The notes beneath the pieces are model-generated. The model was not told the DNA's origin and ran no database searches. It worked only from the letters and a program-made list of their open reading frames with translations. This document shows positions 41,263 to 52,700 of a DNA stretch of 64,000 bases, piece by piece. The stretch's first letter is position 1, and each line of letters begins with the position of its first letter. Position numbers and translations under genes: made by a program. The stretch comes from Bacteroidales bacterium (GTDB taxonomy: Bacteria; Bacteroidota; Bacteroidia; Bacteroidales; UBA932). The stretch covers positions 8,613-72,612 of the forward strand of contig JAGBCS010000002.1 of assembly GCA_017937885.1 (NCBI GenBank), in the 5' to 3' direction.

Positions 41263-43467
41263 TTACATTATTGCTACACAAGTAATTGTTCCGTAGTTGC
41301 TGTCCGCACCGATCATAAGGAGAGCGTCATCGGTAGGAACAAGGAGGATATCACTGAATGTACCCATATCAGTCCACCAGAGGTTTGCCCATTCCTCACT
41401 TCTTTCTACATCATAATCGCCGATATATGTGTAGATGAGTGTCGCAGCTGCCGGGTCATCGACATTGAGGAGAATCATGTCCGCATTGTCATAGTCGAAA
41501 TGGCAGCCCATCAATACGGCAGCATAATCATGGCCGTTCCACTCAGCAACAGACAGACAGTTGTAGTTCTCCATCCATGAAGATCCGGTAACATATGATG
41601 TAGTCCATGAAGTAGTCTCGGCGTAAGAGCCATCCGCATTCTTGACAGGATTCTTGACCGGAGAGGCAGCATACTTGAGATTATAGTCTCCGCCATATCC
41701 GATATAGAACAGACCGTCCGCCAGAGTGGTGCCTAATGGATAAGCACAGAGAGACTGAACGCCCCAAGCAGTGTAAGGAGCATTTGTCCAGCACCAATCG
41801 CCGCATACGCCATCAACGACCTCCCACATCAGCACGGCACCGTCTTCCGGATTCTCACCATCCTGGCCGTCTGAAACCACTGCAGTGATTACCGCATCAT
41901 CCTTGATGTTACCCTTGACGCGGACATTACCTGTCTGGGATCCATAGTAATTGCCGATATTGTATGCGAAGATTTTCTCAGGAACAGGATTCATCGGATC
42001 AGGAACATGGTAAAGTACCAGTTCAACATCGTCCCTTTCACTGTCGAACAGAGCATCGGCAGCTATCATGAAGTTGCCTGCATCATCGACTACGACACTG
42101 TGGGCAGTTACGCCCTCCGGCATCTGCATAGTGCTTTCAACCTCACCTGTAGCAGGATCGATCAGATAAACCTGAGTAGTATTTGCAAGCAGGAGCTTGT
42201 CACCATACTGAGCAAGTCTGAGCTTCTGAGCTGAATCGTAACCCTCTATAGCAGCCAGCTGTCTTGACCACATCTTGAATGCATGACCGTACTGATATAC
42301 CGGAATTGCTGCAACCATGTCTGCGTAAGCCGCATCCTTAGGAACGAAGCATACCATAAGCGACCTTTCGGTCCATGAGTCATTCTCAAGAGCAGTGAAT
42401 GTATATTCATTGCCTGAAACAGTATGCGAGAGCCAGTTCTCCTCAGCCGGAACTTCAACGTACTCTCCGTCAACAACCTTCCTGTAATACATTTCATACT
42501 CGACATTGGCATCAACTGAAAGAACGAATGACTGGGCAAGATATGTAATCCTCTTTTCAGGCTCAGATACATTGAGCTTGGCACCGGCACCCTTCTGACT
42601 GATGTTTATCTTCTTGGCGAGCTGTACATACTTGGCACTCTTAGGCGAGATGAGCAGGTCAACGTCACGCGGAGCCAAATCTCCATTAGGAACTGCTGTA
42701 AAGGTATATACTCCCTCCTCCTCAGCCATAGTAAGCCACTCAGGCTCACCGTCCAGTCTGACAGTATAATCGATATTTGAAGAAATCGTGATCTTATGCT
42801 CACCACCTGCCGGATCGAAGATCTTGTCCTCGGCAGGATCGATGTCGAACTCAAGTGTCCACGGAGCCTGTCTGACGACGATCTCCTCCTTCAACGGACC
42901 AGCGGTAAAGGTGATCTTTCCGGTTCTTGCCTCACCCTCGTTATAGGCTACAGCAAATGTAAGATCTTTCTCTTCAAGAGCCTTTGACTTGACTTCAGTG
43001 ATCCAGTCGACATCGGTCTTGACCTTGAGATCAAGGTTATGCGTAACCTTGAAATTAAGTTCCTGACCCTGATATGGGATATCATACTCCTTGTCAGCAG
43101 TAAGGACAAGGACATCCTTCTGAAGCTGAGTCACGACAACCTCCTGCGTCAGGTCCATTGCCTTGATGACAATCGTAGCTGTGCGGTTATCTGTTCCCTT
43201 GTTCTCGATACAGATGACATCCATTACATTGTCACCCGCCTTGCCTTTTGAAGGAGTGACGACACACCAAGGCTCAGCATCTGTTTCCTTGATTCTGGCA
43301 GTCCAGTCTACATTTGTGCTGAATTCAACCTGCAGCTTGCCTTCCTCAGGAGTTATCACGAGCTCGTCGCCAGACGTATGTACCGTCAGCTCAGGAGTGA
43401 CTATCACTTCCGGGGCGCATGAAATGGCCGCTGCTGCTATCGCAAAGAATAAAGCGATTCGTTTCAT
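41263..43467 (-). CDS. Surface lipoprotein with multiple BACON-like domains and the shared C-terminal domain
   Basis: ISC lipobox and repeated W..V/N.G..R.A units. The C-terminal ~330 aa are homologous to the neighbouring gene. Confidence 0.8.
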   Translation of the reverse strand: MKRIALFFAIAAAAISCAPEVIVTPELTVHTSGDELVITPEEGKLQVEFSTNVDWTARIKETDAEPWCVVTPSKGKAGDNVMDVICIENKGTDNRTATIVIKAMDLTQEVVVTQLQKDVLVLTADKEYDIPYQGQELNFKVTHNLDLKVKTDVDWITEVKSKALEEKDLTFAVAYNEGEARTGKITFTAGPLKEEIVVRQAPWTLEFDIDPAEDKIFDPAGGEHKITISSNIDYTVRLDGEPEWLTMAEEEGVYTFTAVPNGDLAPRDVDLLISPKSAKYVQLAKKINISQKGAGAKLNVSEPEKRITYLAQSFVLSVDANVEYEMYYRKVVDGEYVEVPAEENWLSHTVSGNEYTFTALENDSWTERSLMVCFVPKDAAYADMVAAIPVYQYGHAFKMWSRQLAAIEGYDSAQKLRLAQYGDKLLLANTTQVYLIDPATGEVESTMQMPEGVTAHSVVVDDAGNFMIAADALFDSERDDVELVLYHVPDPMNPVPEKIFAYNIGNYYGSQTGNVRVKGNIKDDAVITAVVSDGQDGENPEDGAVLMWEVVDGVCGDWCWTNAPYTAWGVQSLCAYPLGTTLADGLFYIGYGGDYNLKYAASPVKNPVKNADGSYAETTSWTTSYVTGSSWMENYNCLSVAEWNGHDYAAVLMGCHFDYDNADMILLNVDDPAAATLIYTYIGDYDVERSEEWANLWWTDMGTFSDILLVPTDDALLMIGADSNYGTITCVAIM

Positions 43468-43501
43468 AATAAAACTGTGTTTCGTAGATATTGTTTAATT
43501 C

Positions 43502-45022
43502 TTATTGTTCGGGGGTCAGGCTTGAGATATACTGATCGAACGCGATCTTTATATCGTCCCAATAGTCATACATCTTGATATGGCATAGATCGAAGAAGAA
43601 CATGCCTTCTGTCGAAGAGTTGATGCAGGCATCGACGATCTGAGGCATCAGTCCGCCCTGTCCGCCTTCTGCAAACCCGGTCGAGTTTCCGATATCCGGT
43701 CCACCGATGAACGGCACGTCACCGGCAAAGAGAGTCTGCGCCTTCTTGCAGAAGCCCTGCATTGTCCATTCTCCGCTTCCGTATATCGATGAAGTCGAAG
43801 CATACGCACCGATTATCATGATGTCGCAATGGTCAGCATAGCCGTATTCATTATAATCAGCCGTCGCCCACTTGTAGTACGAAGAAGTCTCATACTTAGG
43901 GCTTGCCCAGTTAACTCCGGAGAAGTAATAGCTTGAATACCAAGCACCCACATAAGCTCCGAAACGGATATCCGGATTGACGGAATGCACTCTTTCCGAA
44001 GCCTTCTCCATGAAATCATGGATATTCTTCGCACGAAACTCCATCCATTTCTTCTGCATGTCAGTACCATTCCCGTTGAGCTTGTCAGCGCCTGGCGTGA
44101 AGATATCTCCCGGCCAGTTCGCAAGTTCCTGGCCGATATAGGCCTCGAACTTTGCACGTGACACATCAGAGAAATCACTCATAAGTTCATAGTCATCATA
44201 ACGGCAGCGGTCGAGGATGATACCCTTGACATCATATGCTGACAGATCCTCGAGAATGCCGAGCAGATATGCCACGACATCGTCATTTGCCGGATTCAGG
44301 AACTTTGTTCCGGTACCGAGGTCCATACAGCTCTTCAAGCCTCCGACCATATTTATCACCGAAGCCCAATCCTTGCTGATGGAGCCGTCGAACAGAGGAC
44401 CATGAGAACCGAGGCCGTACGGACATTCCTTACCGCCGACCATGGTATTGATCGCAGCGTATACATCAAGCCCGTTCTCCTTTCCCGCATCGATAAATGC
44501 CTGCAGATAGTCGAATGACGCGGTTCTCTTGAGCCATACATAGCCGTTATCAGTCCATGCATCGACCATATCAAGTTCAGCCTCAATGTCAGACTTGAAC
44601 AGAAGTCCTGCAGTAGTAGGACGTACTTCGACAATGACACCAGTGAAGCCAGTTTCCTTGATACGAGCCATATCGGACGCAATCCTGTCGGCATCATTTG
44701 CATAATCCTCGAAATTAGCCGCTGCATCTATCCAAACGAGACGAGCTTTTCCATTCTGAGGATCCGGCTCAGGATCAGGGTCCTCTACAGGAGGCTCCGG
44801 ATCAACTACCGGAGGTTCGGGAGTCTGAGTCGTATCTGGCTTTTCAGTTGTAGTAGTATCGCCAGGAGTAGGGCCGGGTTCAGGCTCTGGTTCAGGCTCT
44901 GGTTCAGGCTGAGTCTGAGTCCAATCCGGATTCCAAGGATACTCCTTGACCTCATCACATGACACGAAAGCGACGAGAGAAAAGGCGAATATCAATCTGA
45001 TTATAAAACTCATAATTATCAT
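43502..45022 (-). CDS. GHL10/DUF187-like TIM-barrel hydrolase lipoprotein with Pro/Glu/Thr linker
   Basis: VSC lipobox, PEPEP linker, WIDAAANF, FLNPAN, LDRCRYD and GAWY..GVNWAS motifs. Confidence 0.75.
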   Translation of the reverse strand: MIIMSFIIRLIFAFSLVAFVSCDEVKEYPWNPDWTQTQPEPEPEPEPEPGPTPGDTTTTEKPDTTQTPEPPVVDPEPPVEDPDPEPDPQNGKARLVWIDAAANFEDYANDADRIASDMARIKETGFTGVIVEVRPTTAGLLFKSDIEAELDMVDAWTDNGYVWLKRTASFDYLQAFIDAGKENGLDVYAAINTMVGGKECPYGLGSHGPLFDGSISKDWASVINMVGGLKSCMDLGTGTKFLNPANDDVVAYLLGILEDLSAYDVKGIILDRCRYDDYELMSDFSDVSRAKFEAYIGQELANWPGDIFTPGADKLNGNGTDMQKKWMEFRAKNIHDFMEKASERVHSVNPDIRFGAYVGAWYSSYYFSGVNWASPKYETSSYYKWATADYNEYGYADHCDIMIIGAYASTSSIYGSGEWTMQGFCKKAQTLFAGDVPFIGGPDIGNSTGFAEGGQGGLMPQIVDACINSSTEGMFFFDLCHIKMYDYWDDIKIAFDQYISSLTPEQ

Positions 45023-46252
45023 TTACTTAAGCATCAAAGTGCTTGCGACAGCCCTCTGAGAACCGTCCGACACTTTTATTGTTTCCTTTCCATTGACAAG
45101 CATGCAGCTTGATCCGCCGCCGTCAAGATTCATAGCCTCGACACATCCGAGATCCAGCAGGACATTTGCGACATCAGCCGTAGTAAGTCCGAACACGCCG
45201 GAAGTCATCTCGCGACCCTCGCAGACAAAGAATATCATCCTTCCGTCTGCCGTCACACCGACAGCCGTACGCGGCTGGTTGGTGTCAGGACCGATTCCAG
45301 TCGGGCCATCGAAGAGTTCCTGAACGTATGAATCGGTAAACTTGCCGTCATTGATCAGTACAGGGCCTCCTCCAACAGCAGTCTCAGCCTCGAAAACACG
45401 TCCTCCTTCCGGCGAATCCAGTGACGGTATTCCGAGAGGTTGCTTGTCCCATGAGTTGTCTGCAGGAACTGGATACATGAAATGGTTATTCCACGTCGCA
45501 TATGTCCAGCATGCATCGTAAGATCCGTCGGCATACTGTACGAAAGCAGCTCTGGTCGGATAATACATCGTCACCCAATCCTGCGAAGCATAATTGATAT
45601 TGTAAGCGAGCAGTTCGGAATCCTTCACTGCAAGGCTCGAAGTATATCTCTTGCTTCCTGAATAGTAGAAGTATCCTCCGTTGATCACCACAGCGCATGA
45701 AGTCTCATCATACACATCGGAAGGTGTCATGAATGCGTCAGCTGTCTCAGCTGATCTGTCTGACCTGACGCTCCAGATGTCCCATTCGGCAGATGCCATA
45801 TCGGCAACGGCTACATAAGCAACCGCATTCTTTCCCTCCAGCTGTTCAGGGGACCTGTATACTTTAAGATATGAAGGCAGTTCTCCATAGTCAGCAGATA
45901 CATCTGTCCAGTTCTCGAAAGATCCGGCCTCTGGTCCTGGAACCGGGTCCTCCGCAGGAGGCTCCGGAGTCGGGTCCTCGACTGGCGGTTCAGGATCAGG
46001 ATCTTCTACAGGAGGTTCCGGGTCTTCAGCAGGAGGCTCCGGATCCTCGACTGGTGGCTCGGGATCAGGGTCTTCTACCGGAGGTTCGGGAGTCTGGGTT
46101 GTGTCTGTCGGCTCCGTAACGGTAGTATCCTCCTGCTCGGGAGTGAACTTGTCCCATTCCGAATTCCATGGATACTCATAGGTGTCTCCGCACGAGGCGA
46201 AGACTCCCATGAGACCCAGACACATTACCATTCTTATTATCAACATGTTCAT
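45023..46252 (-). CDS. Phosphodiester glycosidase (NAGPA/DUF2233) lipoprotein with Pro/Glu/Asp linker
   Basis: INGGYF, GGGPVL, PRTAVG and AMNLDGGGSS motifs. Confidence 0.88.
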   Translation of the reverse strand: MNMLIIRMVMCLGLMGVFASCGDTYEYPWNSEWDKFTPEQEDTTVTEPTDTTQTPEPPVEDPDPEPPVEDPEPPAEDPEPPVEDPDPEPPVEDPTPEPPAEDPVPGPEAGSFENWTDVSADYGELPSYLKVYRSPEQLEGKNAVAYVAVADMASAEWDIWSVRSDRSAETADAFMTPSDVYDETSCAVVINGGYFYYSGSKRYTSSLAVKDSELLAYNINYASQDWVTMYYPTRAAFVQYADGSYDACWTYATWNNHFMYPVPADNSWDKQPLGIPSLDSPEGGRVFEAETAVGGGPVLINDGKFTDSYVQELFDGPTGIGPDTNQPRTAVGVTADGRMIFFVCEGREMTSGVFGLTTADVANVLLDLGCVEAMNLDGGGSSCMLVNGKETIKVSDGSQRAVASTLMLK

Positions 46253-46256
46253 TTCA

Positions 46257-48035
46257 CTATTTCTTTACGCAGTCTGCAGAATAGCCTCCGATCATGCCGG
46301 CATAATGGTCATAGTAGTAGATATAGACCTTGAAGCCGTCTGCTGAAGGAGCCATGATGACGTCACCAGAAGACTGGGTGAGGTTGTCAGCTGCATTCGT
46401 AGCATTGAAGTAGATAAGCCAGCTGTTGTAAGTCACCAAAGACGAAGAGTTCTGATAATTGCCTGTGAAAGTAGACGGATCTGCAAGATCATATACCCAG
46501 AGGCTCGGCTGCTTGTCCCATGCAGGGAAATGGTGGCAGACAAGGAGGGTCAGATAGCTTGCATTATTGAATGTCTTGCTCTCAAGGCAGTTAGGATTCA
46601 GAAGCCATGCATTGGCAGCATCATCTGTGATAATCTGCTGAGCTGCTGTGAGGTCAGGTCTGATCCACTGCATTCCGTTGATCGAATATGACGCATACAT
46701 CCATCCGTTTTCACCAGCCTTTGATGAAGAAGGAACGACTGCGGCAGCATTCTGAGGATATGAGCCCCAAGAAATGCCGGCAGGAGCAAGATCATGTACA
46801 TTCACTTCTGTTACAGCGCCGCCGACTACGATAAACTCTGCAAACTGGCTCGCAGTAGTAACGCCTTCGACACCTTCGTAAGATACAGTGATACGTGCAT
46901 CCGCATCAATATTACCGCAGACCTTTATCTTGGCACCCATAGGAAGCGATACTTCGCTGTCATATGAATAGAACAGGGTCGGTGTTTCAGTAACGGACTT
47001 AGTCCTGTATATCTCGAACTTGCCTGCAGCATCAAGATGGTTGCACAGGAGCATGTTACCGGCTTCATCGCTTGTCACGGCACCTACAGTAAGGCCGCCT
47101 GTCGCAATCTCGCCGAGCTTCGATCCGTTTCTTCCGTCAAGGTAGATAGGAGCCGATCCGTCTCCGTGGCTGACTACGAGATAGCCTCCCACATAAGCGA
47201 GTGATGCGTTGACCGGAGTAATGTATGAAGGTACTCCGAGACGACTCACAGGATCGATGTTGAACATCTCCTTCACAGTCTCGGCATTGAAGCCGTAAGG
47301 AATCTTTTCCGGATCCCTCTTTATAACCTTGAAGCCACCTTTTGTCACACCGTCATGCGCAAGGATGGATACAGTCTGCTCTTCGTTCCAATCCTGAGGA
47401 GTGTCAAATCTATAGAGATCAGTCGGCTTTCCGTCTTCATCAAGAACAGGATCTGCGCCGAAGACACTTGCATGATACCAAGGGGTCACTTCTGCAACGA
47501 GACCGCTGAGGTCATCGATTGTGAAGAGATATACGGCCTTGTTTTCGTTATCGACGAATCCCTCGATCACAACCTCCAACGTCTCAGGATCAAGAAGGTT
47601 GAATCCAAGCATATTGGTAGTCTTTGACTTTACTCTCTCTCCAGTAATGGTGATCTGCTTGCTTTCACCCTGGGCATTGGTATATGTGAAGGTATGCTCC
47701 TGATAAAGGTCAAGAAGAGTAAGAGGAGGATCGATGCTGCAGTTCTCAGCAAGCTCGGCCCTTACTCTGACATTGGCCATATAAAGAGTAGTCACATCAT
47801 CAGTCTCCTCCGGATAGTACCAAGGAATCGGAATGACATATCTGTCCAGATCAGGATCAGACACCTCAAGTTTGCCTAACTCCATCTCTGTATACTTACC
47901 CGAGGTGAAGTACGCCGTCAGACTCGTGATACCCTGACGGTCAGCCGTCGGCTCAACGAACTGCGGATCCTGACATGAGGACGCAAGAACGAGCAGAGCG
48001 GCAATCAAAATATAATGTATCTTATTCATTTTCAT
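46257..48035 (-). CDS. DUF5018-like SusE-position surface glycan-binding lipoprotein
   Basis: SSC lipobox; lies immediately downstream of susD; Ig-like N-terminal domains plus the shared C-terminal domain. Confidence 0.7.
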   Translation of the reverse strand: MKMNKIHYILIAALLVLASSCQDPQFVEPTADRQGITSLTAYFTSGKYTEMELGKLEVSDPDLDRYVIPIPWYYPEETDDVTTLYMANVRVRAELAENCSIDPPLTLLDLYQEHTFTYTNAQGESKQITITGERVKSKTTNMLGFNLLDPETLEVVIEGFVDNENKAVYLFTIDDLSGLVAEVTPWYHASVFGADPVLDEDGKPTDLYRFDTPQDWNEEQTVSILAHDGVTKGGFKVIKRDPEKIPYGFNAETVKEMFNIDPVSRLGVPSYITPVNASLAYVGGYLVVSHGDGSAPIYLDGRNGSKLGEIATGGLTVGAVTSDEAGNMLLCNHLDAAGKFEIYRTKSVTETPTLFYSYDSEVSLPMGAKIKVCGNIDADARITVSYEGVEGVTTASQFAEFIVVGGAVTEVNVHDLAPAGISWGSYPQNAAAVVPSSSKAGENGWMYASYSINGMQWIRPDLTAAQQIITDDAANAWLLNPNCLESKTFNNASYLTLLVCHHFPAWDKQPSLWVYDLADPSTFTGNYQNSSSLVTYNSWLIYFNATNAADNLTQSSGDVIMAPSADGFKVYIYYYDHYAGMIGGYSADCVKK

Positions 48036-48047
48036 CAGCTTTTATCA

Positions 48048-49712
48048 TTATTTCCACTCAGGATACTGATCGACTGCACCATTATTGCTCAACTCTCCGG
48101 TCGGCATCGGGAAGCGGTACATCTTCTCAGGGAAGTTTCTGTCCTGATCATCTACAGACACATAGGTATATGTAAATGTACCGTCGCTGTTCTTCTCGAT
48201 CTTCAGACCATGCTGCTGATAGCCTGTCAATCCCTCCGGATAAGCCTTATGTGCGGCCTTCCAGCGACGGAGATCCCAATACCAGAGTCCCTCGTAAGCG
48301 AGCTCAACCTTACGTTCCTGACGGATTGCAGCCCAAAGCGCATCACCTTCCTTGTTCTCATAAGGAAGTCCGACGCGGTCGCGGATTGCCTTCACCGCTG
48401 CATTGGCTGCTGCCACATCAGGAGTAGAAGACTTATAGCAAGCCTCAGCCTTGTTGAGAAGGACTTCAGCATAACGCAGAACCATAAGCGGCTGTACGCC
48501 ACCGGAATAAGCTATGACATCATGAGTCTCGTCAACAAGCTTGCGGAGGTAGTAACCTGTAGTTGTACGTCCCTTCGGCTCGCGGTCGAGGTTCCATGTG
48601 CACCATCCGTCAGAGCCACCGACGAAAGGCTCAATCTTACGGTTCTTCCATGTCGCACCGTTGTAAAGGATCGTAGCATGGAAACGAGGCTCGAGATCCT
48701 CATACGGAGGGGTCTGAGTCGTTGTACCGTGCCAAGGAGTCCAGTCTGGGAAGCCACCCTTTGCGAGCTCGTAAGACTCTACCATTTCCTGGGTCGGAGT
48801 ACCGTATCCGCCGCCTGTCTCCTTGAAGATAGAATAGTCACCTCCAGGGGTATAATAGAAGTCGAAGCTGTGGGTCACATCATTGGCCCTGCTGAACTGA
48901 TACTGGATGATCGCTTCCTTGTTGCCGGCACCGATGCCCTTCATGCATCCGTCATGATAGTCAGCCTCAAGAGCATAACCGAGCTTCTCCACCTCGTTTG
49001 CGGCATTGATCACGAGATCATAGCGCTCTGCGTAGAGCATCGCACGTGTCATGAATCCCAATGCCATTCCCTTGTCGATACGGCCTTTTGAAGTCGTTCT
49101 GTCCGGAAGATTGGCTGCTGCAAACTCGAGGTCAGACTGGATGAAATCCCATCCTTCCTTCTCTGTGCTGACAGCCTTATCCTTTGTATAAGCGTCGAGG
49201 TTCTCATCATAGATGATGATCTCCTTATAACGCTTCATCAGGTCGAAATAAAGGAAAGCACGGATGAACTTCATCTCAGCCTCAAGGCGGATCTTGTCTG
49301 CATCAGACATCTGTCCGAACTTGTTCAGATAGACGATCGCCTTGTTGATCTTAGAGATACCTGTATACCATGATCCCCAGAATCCGAGATATGAATCCAC
49401 ATATCCGGCAGTCAGGGTCGTAGCGGCTCCATATGCGATTTCACTCGGTATGTAACACAATGAGTTATAGTTGTATGAGCCATACTTGAGCATGTCTGTC
49501 AGCGCTTCTGTCTGTCCTGCGACGCACTGTCCCATGAGTACGTCATAGATATAGGTATAGAGATAGTTGACATGATACTCGGCATTGGCAGTCGACTCCC
49601 ACATGACCTTGTCCGACACCTTGTTTGTAGGATCCAGGTCAAGGAAATCAGAACATGAAAGAAGTCCGAGGGACATCAGAGCGATTGTGATTGTTCTTAT
49701 AAGTTTCTTCAT
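48048..49712 (-). CDS. susD: RagB/SusD-family nutrient-binding lipoprotein
   Basis: LSCSDFLD, AEMKFIRAFLYF, LRYAEVLLNKAEA and ERKVELAYEG.WYWDLRRW motifs. Confidence 0.95.
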   Translation of the reverse strand: MKKLIRTITIALMSLGLLSCSDFLDLDPTNKVSDKVMWESTANAEYHVNYLYTYIYDVLMGQCVAGQTEALTDMLKYGSYNYNSLCYIPSEIAYGAATTLTAGYVDSYLGFWGSWYTGISKINKAIVYLNKFGQMSDADKIRLEAEMKFIRAFLYFDLMKRYKEIIIYDENLDAYTKDKAVSTEKEGWDFIQSDLEFAAANLPDRTTSKGRIDKGMALGFMTRAMLYAERYDLVINAANEVEKLGYALEADYHDGCMKGIGAGNKEAIIQYQFSRANDVTHSFDFYYTPGGDYSIFKETGGGYGTPTQEMVESYELAKGGFPDWTPWHGTTTQTPPYEDLEPRFHATILYNGATWKNRKIEPFVGGSDGWCTWNLDREPKGRTTTGYYLRKLVDETHDVIAYSGGVQPLMVLRYAEVLLNKAEACYKSSTPDVAAANAAVKAIRDRVGLPYENKEGDALWAAIRQERKVELAYEGLWYWDLRRWKAAHKAYPEGLTGYQQHGLKIEKNSDGTFTYTYVSVDDQDRNFPEKMYRFPMPTGELSNNGAVDQYPEWK

Positions 49713-49725
49713 TTTCGTGCCCTCC

Positions 49726-52700
49726 TTAGAATGTTAATGTGATACCGCCCATGACAAGACGCTGCTGAGGATAGTAACCGTTGTTCACACCTGGTGACTC
49801 AGGGTCGATTCCTTCAGGAAGCGCGTCGAGAGTGAAGAGGTTCTGGCCCTCGACAAAGAATCTCAGGGCCTCAATATTCATCCTGCTTGTCCACTTGCGA
49901 GGGATCGTATAACCGAGCTGAGCGGACTTCAGACGGACATATGTTCCGTCACGGAGCCAGAATGTAGACGCAAGACCGTTGTCTCCGCCATGTCCCGGAG
50001 CACCGAGGGTGATACGAGGGAAGGTACCGTCCGGATTGTAGATGCTGTACGCATTCTCAACGAGGAAGAGAGGCGAGTTCGCGTTTTCCTTGAATGTCTG
50101 CGTCCAGATCGTGTTATCGTCGTATCCGTTGTAGTATGTACCGGTAAGCGAAACGTCGAAGAGAGCACCACCGGTGAACTGAGCATTGAAGTCGATTCCG
50201 TTCCATGCGAAGTCGAGGTTGAGACCGTATGTCAGCTCAGGACGGTTTGTACGGCCGATGAAACCCTTGTCGTCGCCGTCGATCTTTCCGTCACCGTTAA
50301 GGTCTACATACTTGATGTCACCGATACATGGACGTGTTCCGTACCATGCAGAATTGTCGATTTCCTCTTCGCTTCTGTAAAGGCCGTCAGCAGTCCATGC
50401 CATGGTAGCTCCGAGTGGCTTTCCTACAACCTTCTGATTAGCAGGGATATTAGGCTGGTCCGGATAGATGATCCAACGGCTGCGCGCATAAGTCACGGTA
50501 CCGCTGATTCCGTACTGGAAAGGCTTGTCGCCGAGCATGAAATGGCTTCTGTGAGCCACCATCACATCGATACCCTTGGTGTCATATGCGTTATGGTTCT
50601 CTGCAGACATGAAATAGTTACCCATTGAAGGCGGATAATCAGATCCCATGTATGTAAGGATATCGAAGTTGTATCTGTAGAAGCCGTCGACTTCAGCACT
50701 GATCAGGCCGCCCCACATCTTGAGGTCGAATCCGACGTTGTACGAAAGGCTCTTCTCCCATGTAAGGTCGATATTGGCAAGTCCGGAATCTCCATATGCA
50801 GGATTTACAGTCGTACCGTTGCCATAGTTTCCGTAGATAACTTCTGAACCATACTTGCTGTATGTATTGAGGAACATGTACGAGCTGATCGAGTCATTTC
50901 CGAGCAGAGCGACCGATCCTCTGATCTTCAAGTCATCAAGTCCGTCTACTCCGGCCATCCATGGCTCCTTTGCGAGATTCCAGGCCAATGAAGCCGAAGG
51001 GAAGAATCCCCAACGGGTATTCCTCATACCTGCGAAGAGGTATGAACCGTCATAACGGCCTGTAAACTCTGCAAGATATCTCTCGTCCCAGTTGTAGCGT
51101 GCGCGGAATACGTAACCGATCTGGCGTGAGGTATTGCTGTAGCCTGAAATCGGGCTGTCTGCAGGCTGACCGTAGCTGAGTTCTGGAAGTGCATCGAAAG
51201 GAATGAGCTTCGCATAAGCGGAATGTGCATTTGACTTGTAGTCAGAGATCTCGGCAAGAGCGAGGAGATCGATGTAATGCTTGTCAAATGTCTTCGTATA
51301 TGATGCACTCGCCTGTCCGGTAAGCTGCTGGTAGTATGAGGTTCCCTCACCGAGGTTCACTCCGCTACCGGTTCCGCGAGGATCTACAGTCTCCTTCCAT
51401 GCGCCGTCCGAATATGCCATCAGAGGGAAAGGAGTATTGAGGTTCTTGTTCATCGTAGCACCGTAGTCGAATGCTCCGGAAACCTTGAACGTCAAGCCCT
51501 TGAGCCATGGTGCATCATACTGGAGAGCCATGTTTGCCGACACATCGAGACCGCGTGTCTTCTTGTAGCCGGACTCGTAGATAGCTGCAAGCGGGCTCTG
51601 AGGAAGGCTGGTATTCTTCTTCAGGGATGCGGTATACATGTCATTGTACTTGACTGGCAGATATGGATGCATCTGGATAGTCTGGTTGGCGATCGAGAGC
51701 CATCCTGTCTCTGAACCCATGTCACTTCCACCGGTTCCGAATCCAGGAGTATGTCGGTTCGAAAGGACACCGGAAAGACCGAGGCTGAACTTGAAGTTCT
51801 CGGCGAGATCCGACTCTATGTTCGCACGGACATTGTATCTGTCGTAGTTGTAGTTGTCGATGTTACCCTTCTGTCCGAGGTATCCGAAAGATGCGAAATA
51901 ACGTGACTTCTCGTTTCCGGCCTGAACTGTTACATTGTGCTTCTGGGTGAGGCCTGTACCGAACACCTTGTCGATATAGTTCACATTGTCCCATCCGTCA
52001 GTAGGATCTCCGTTGAGCATCATTTCGATCTGATCCTTTGTAAAGTACGGAACATAGTCTGCCTCACTTGCGATAGCACCTGATGCCAGCTGGTCCATCA
52101 TCTGAGCCACATTATAATAGTATGCGAACTGAGGACCGTCCATGAATTCAGGGAAATTGGCGTTCATCGAAGCACCGAATGTCGCGTTGTATGTGATCTT
52201 CGGCTTGCCGGCAGCACCCTTCTTTGTTGTGACGATGATGACACCGTTAGATGCCTGAAGGCCGTATACGGCAGCAGAAGCACCGTCCTTGAGGACCGAG
52301 ATGCTCTCGATATCGAACGGATCGATGTCATTGATGTTGTCTACAGGGAAACCGTCGACTACATACTTCGCTGCACCCTGAGATCCGCGGATACGGATGA
52401 CAGCCTGGTCGAGGCCCGGCTCACCCGACTCCTGCACCGAAGATACACCTGTCAGCTTACCGGCAAGGAGCTGGGATACATTGGTAGACGGAGCCTTGAG
52501 GAGCTCGTCACCCTTGATTGCAGACACGGCACTGGTCATCGATGACTTCTTCTGCACACCGTAACCGACAACGATTGTCTCCTCGATGAAAGTAGCATCC
52601 TCAACCATTGTCACATCAAGCTTGCTGAGCGTACCGTCGCACTCGAAAGTCTGGTCTCCGAGACCAAGGCTTGTGAACAGGAGGACATCTCCCTTGTTTA

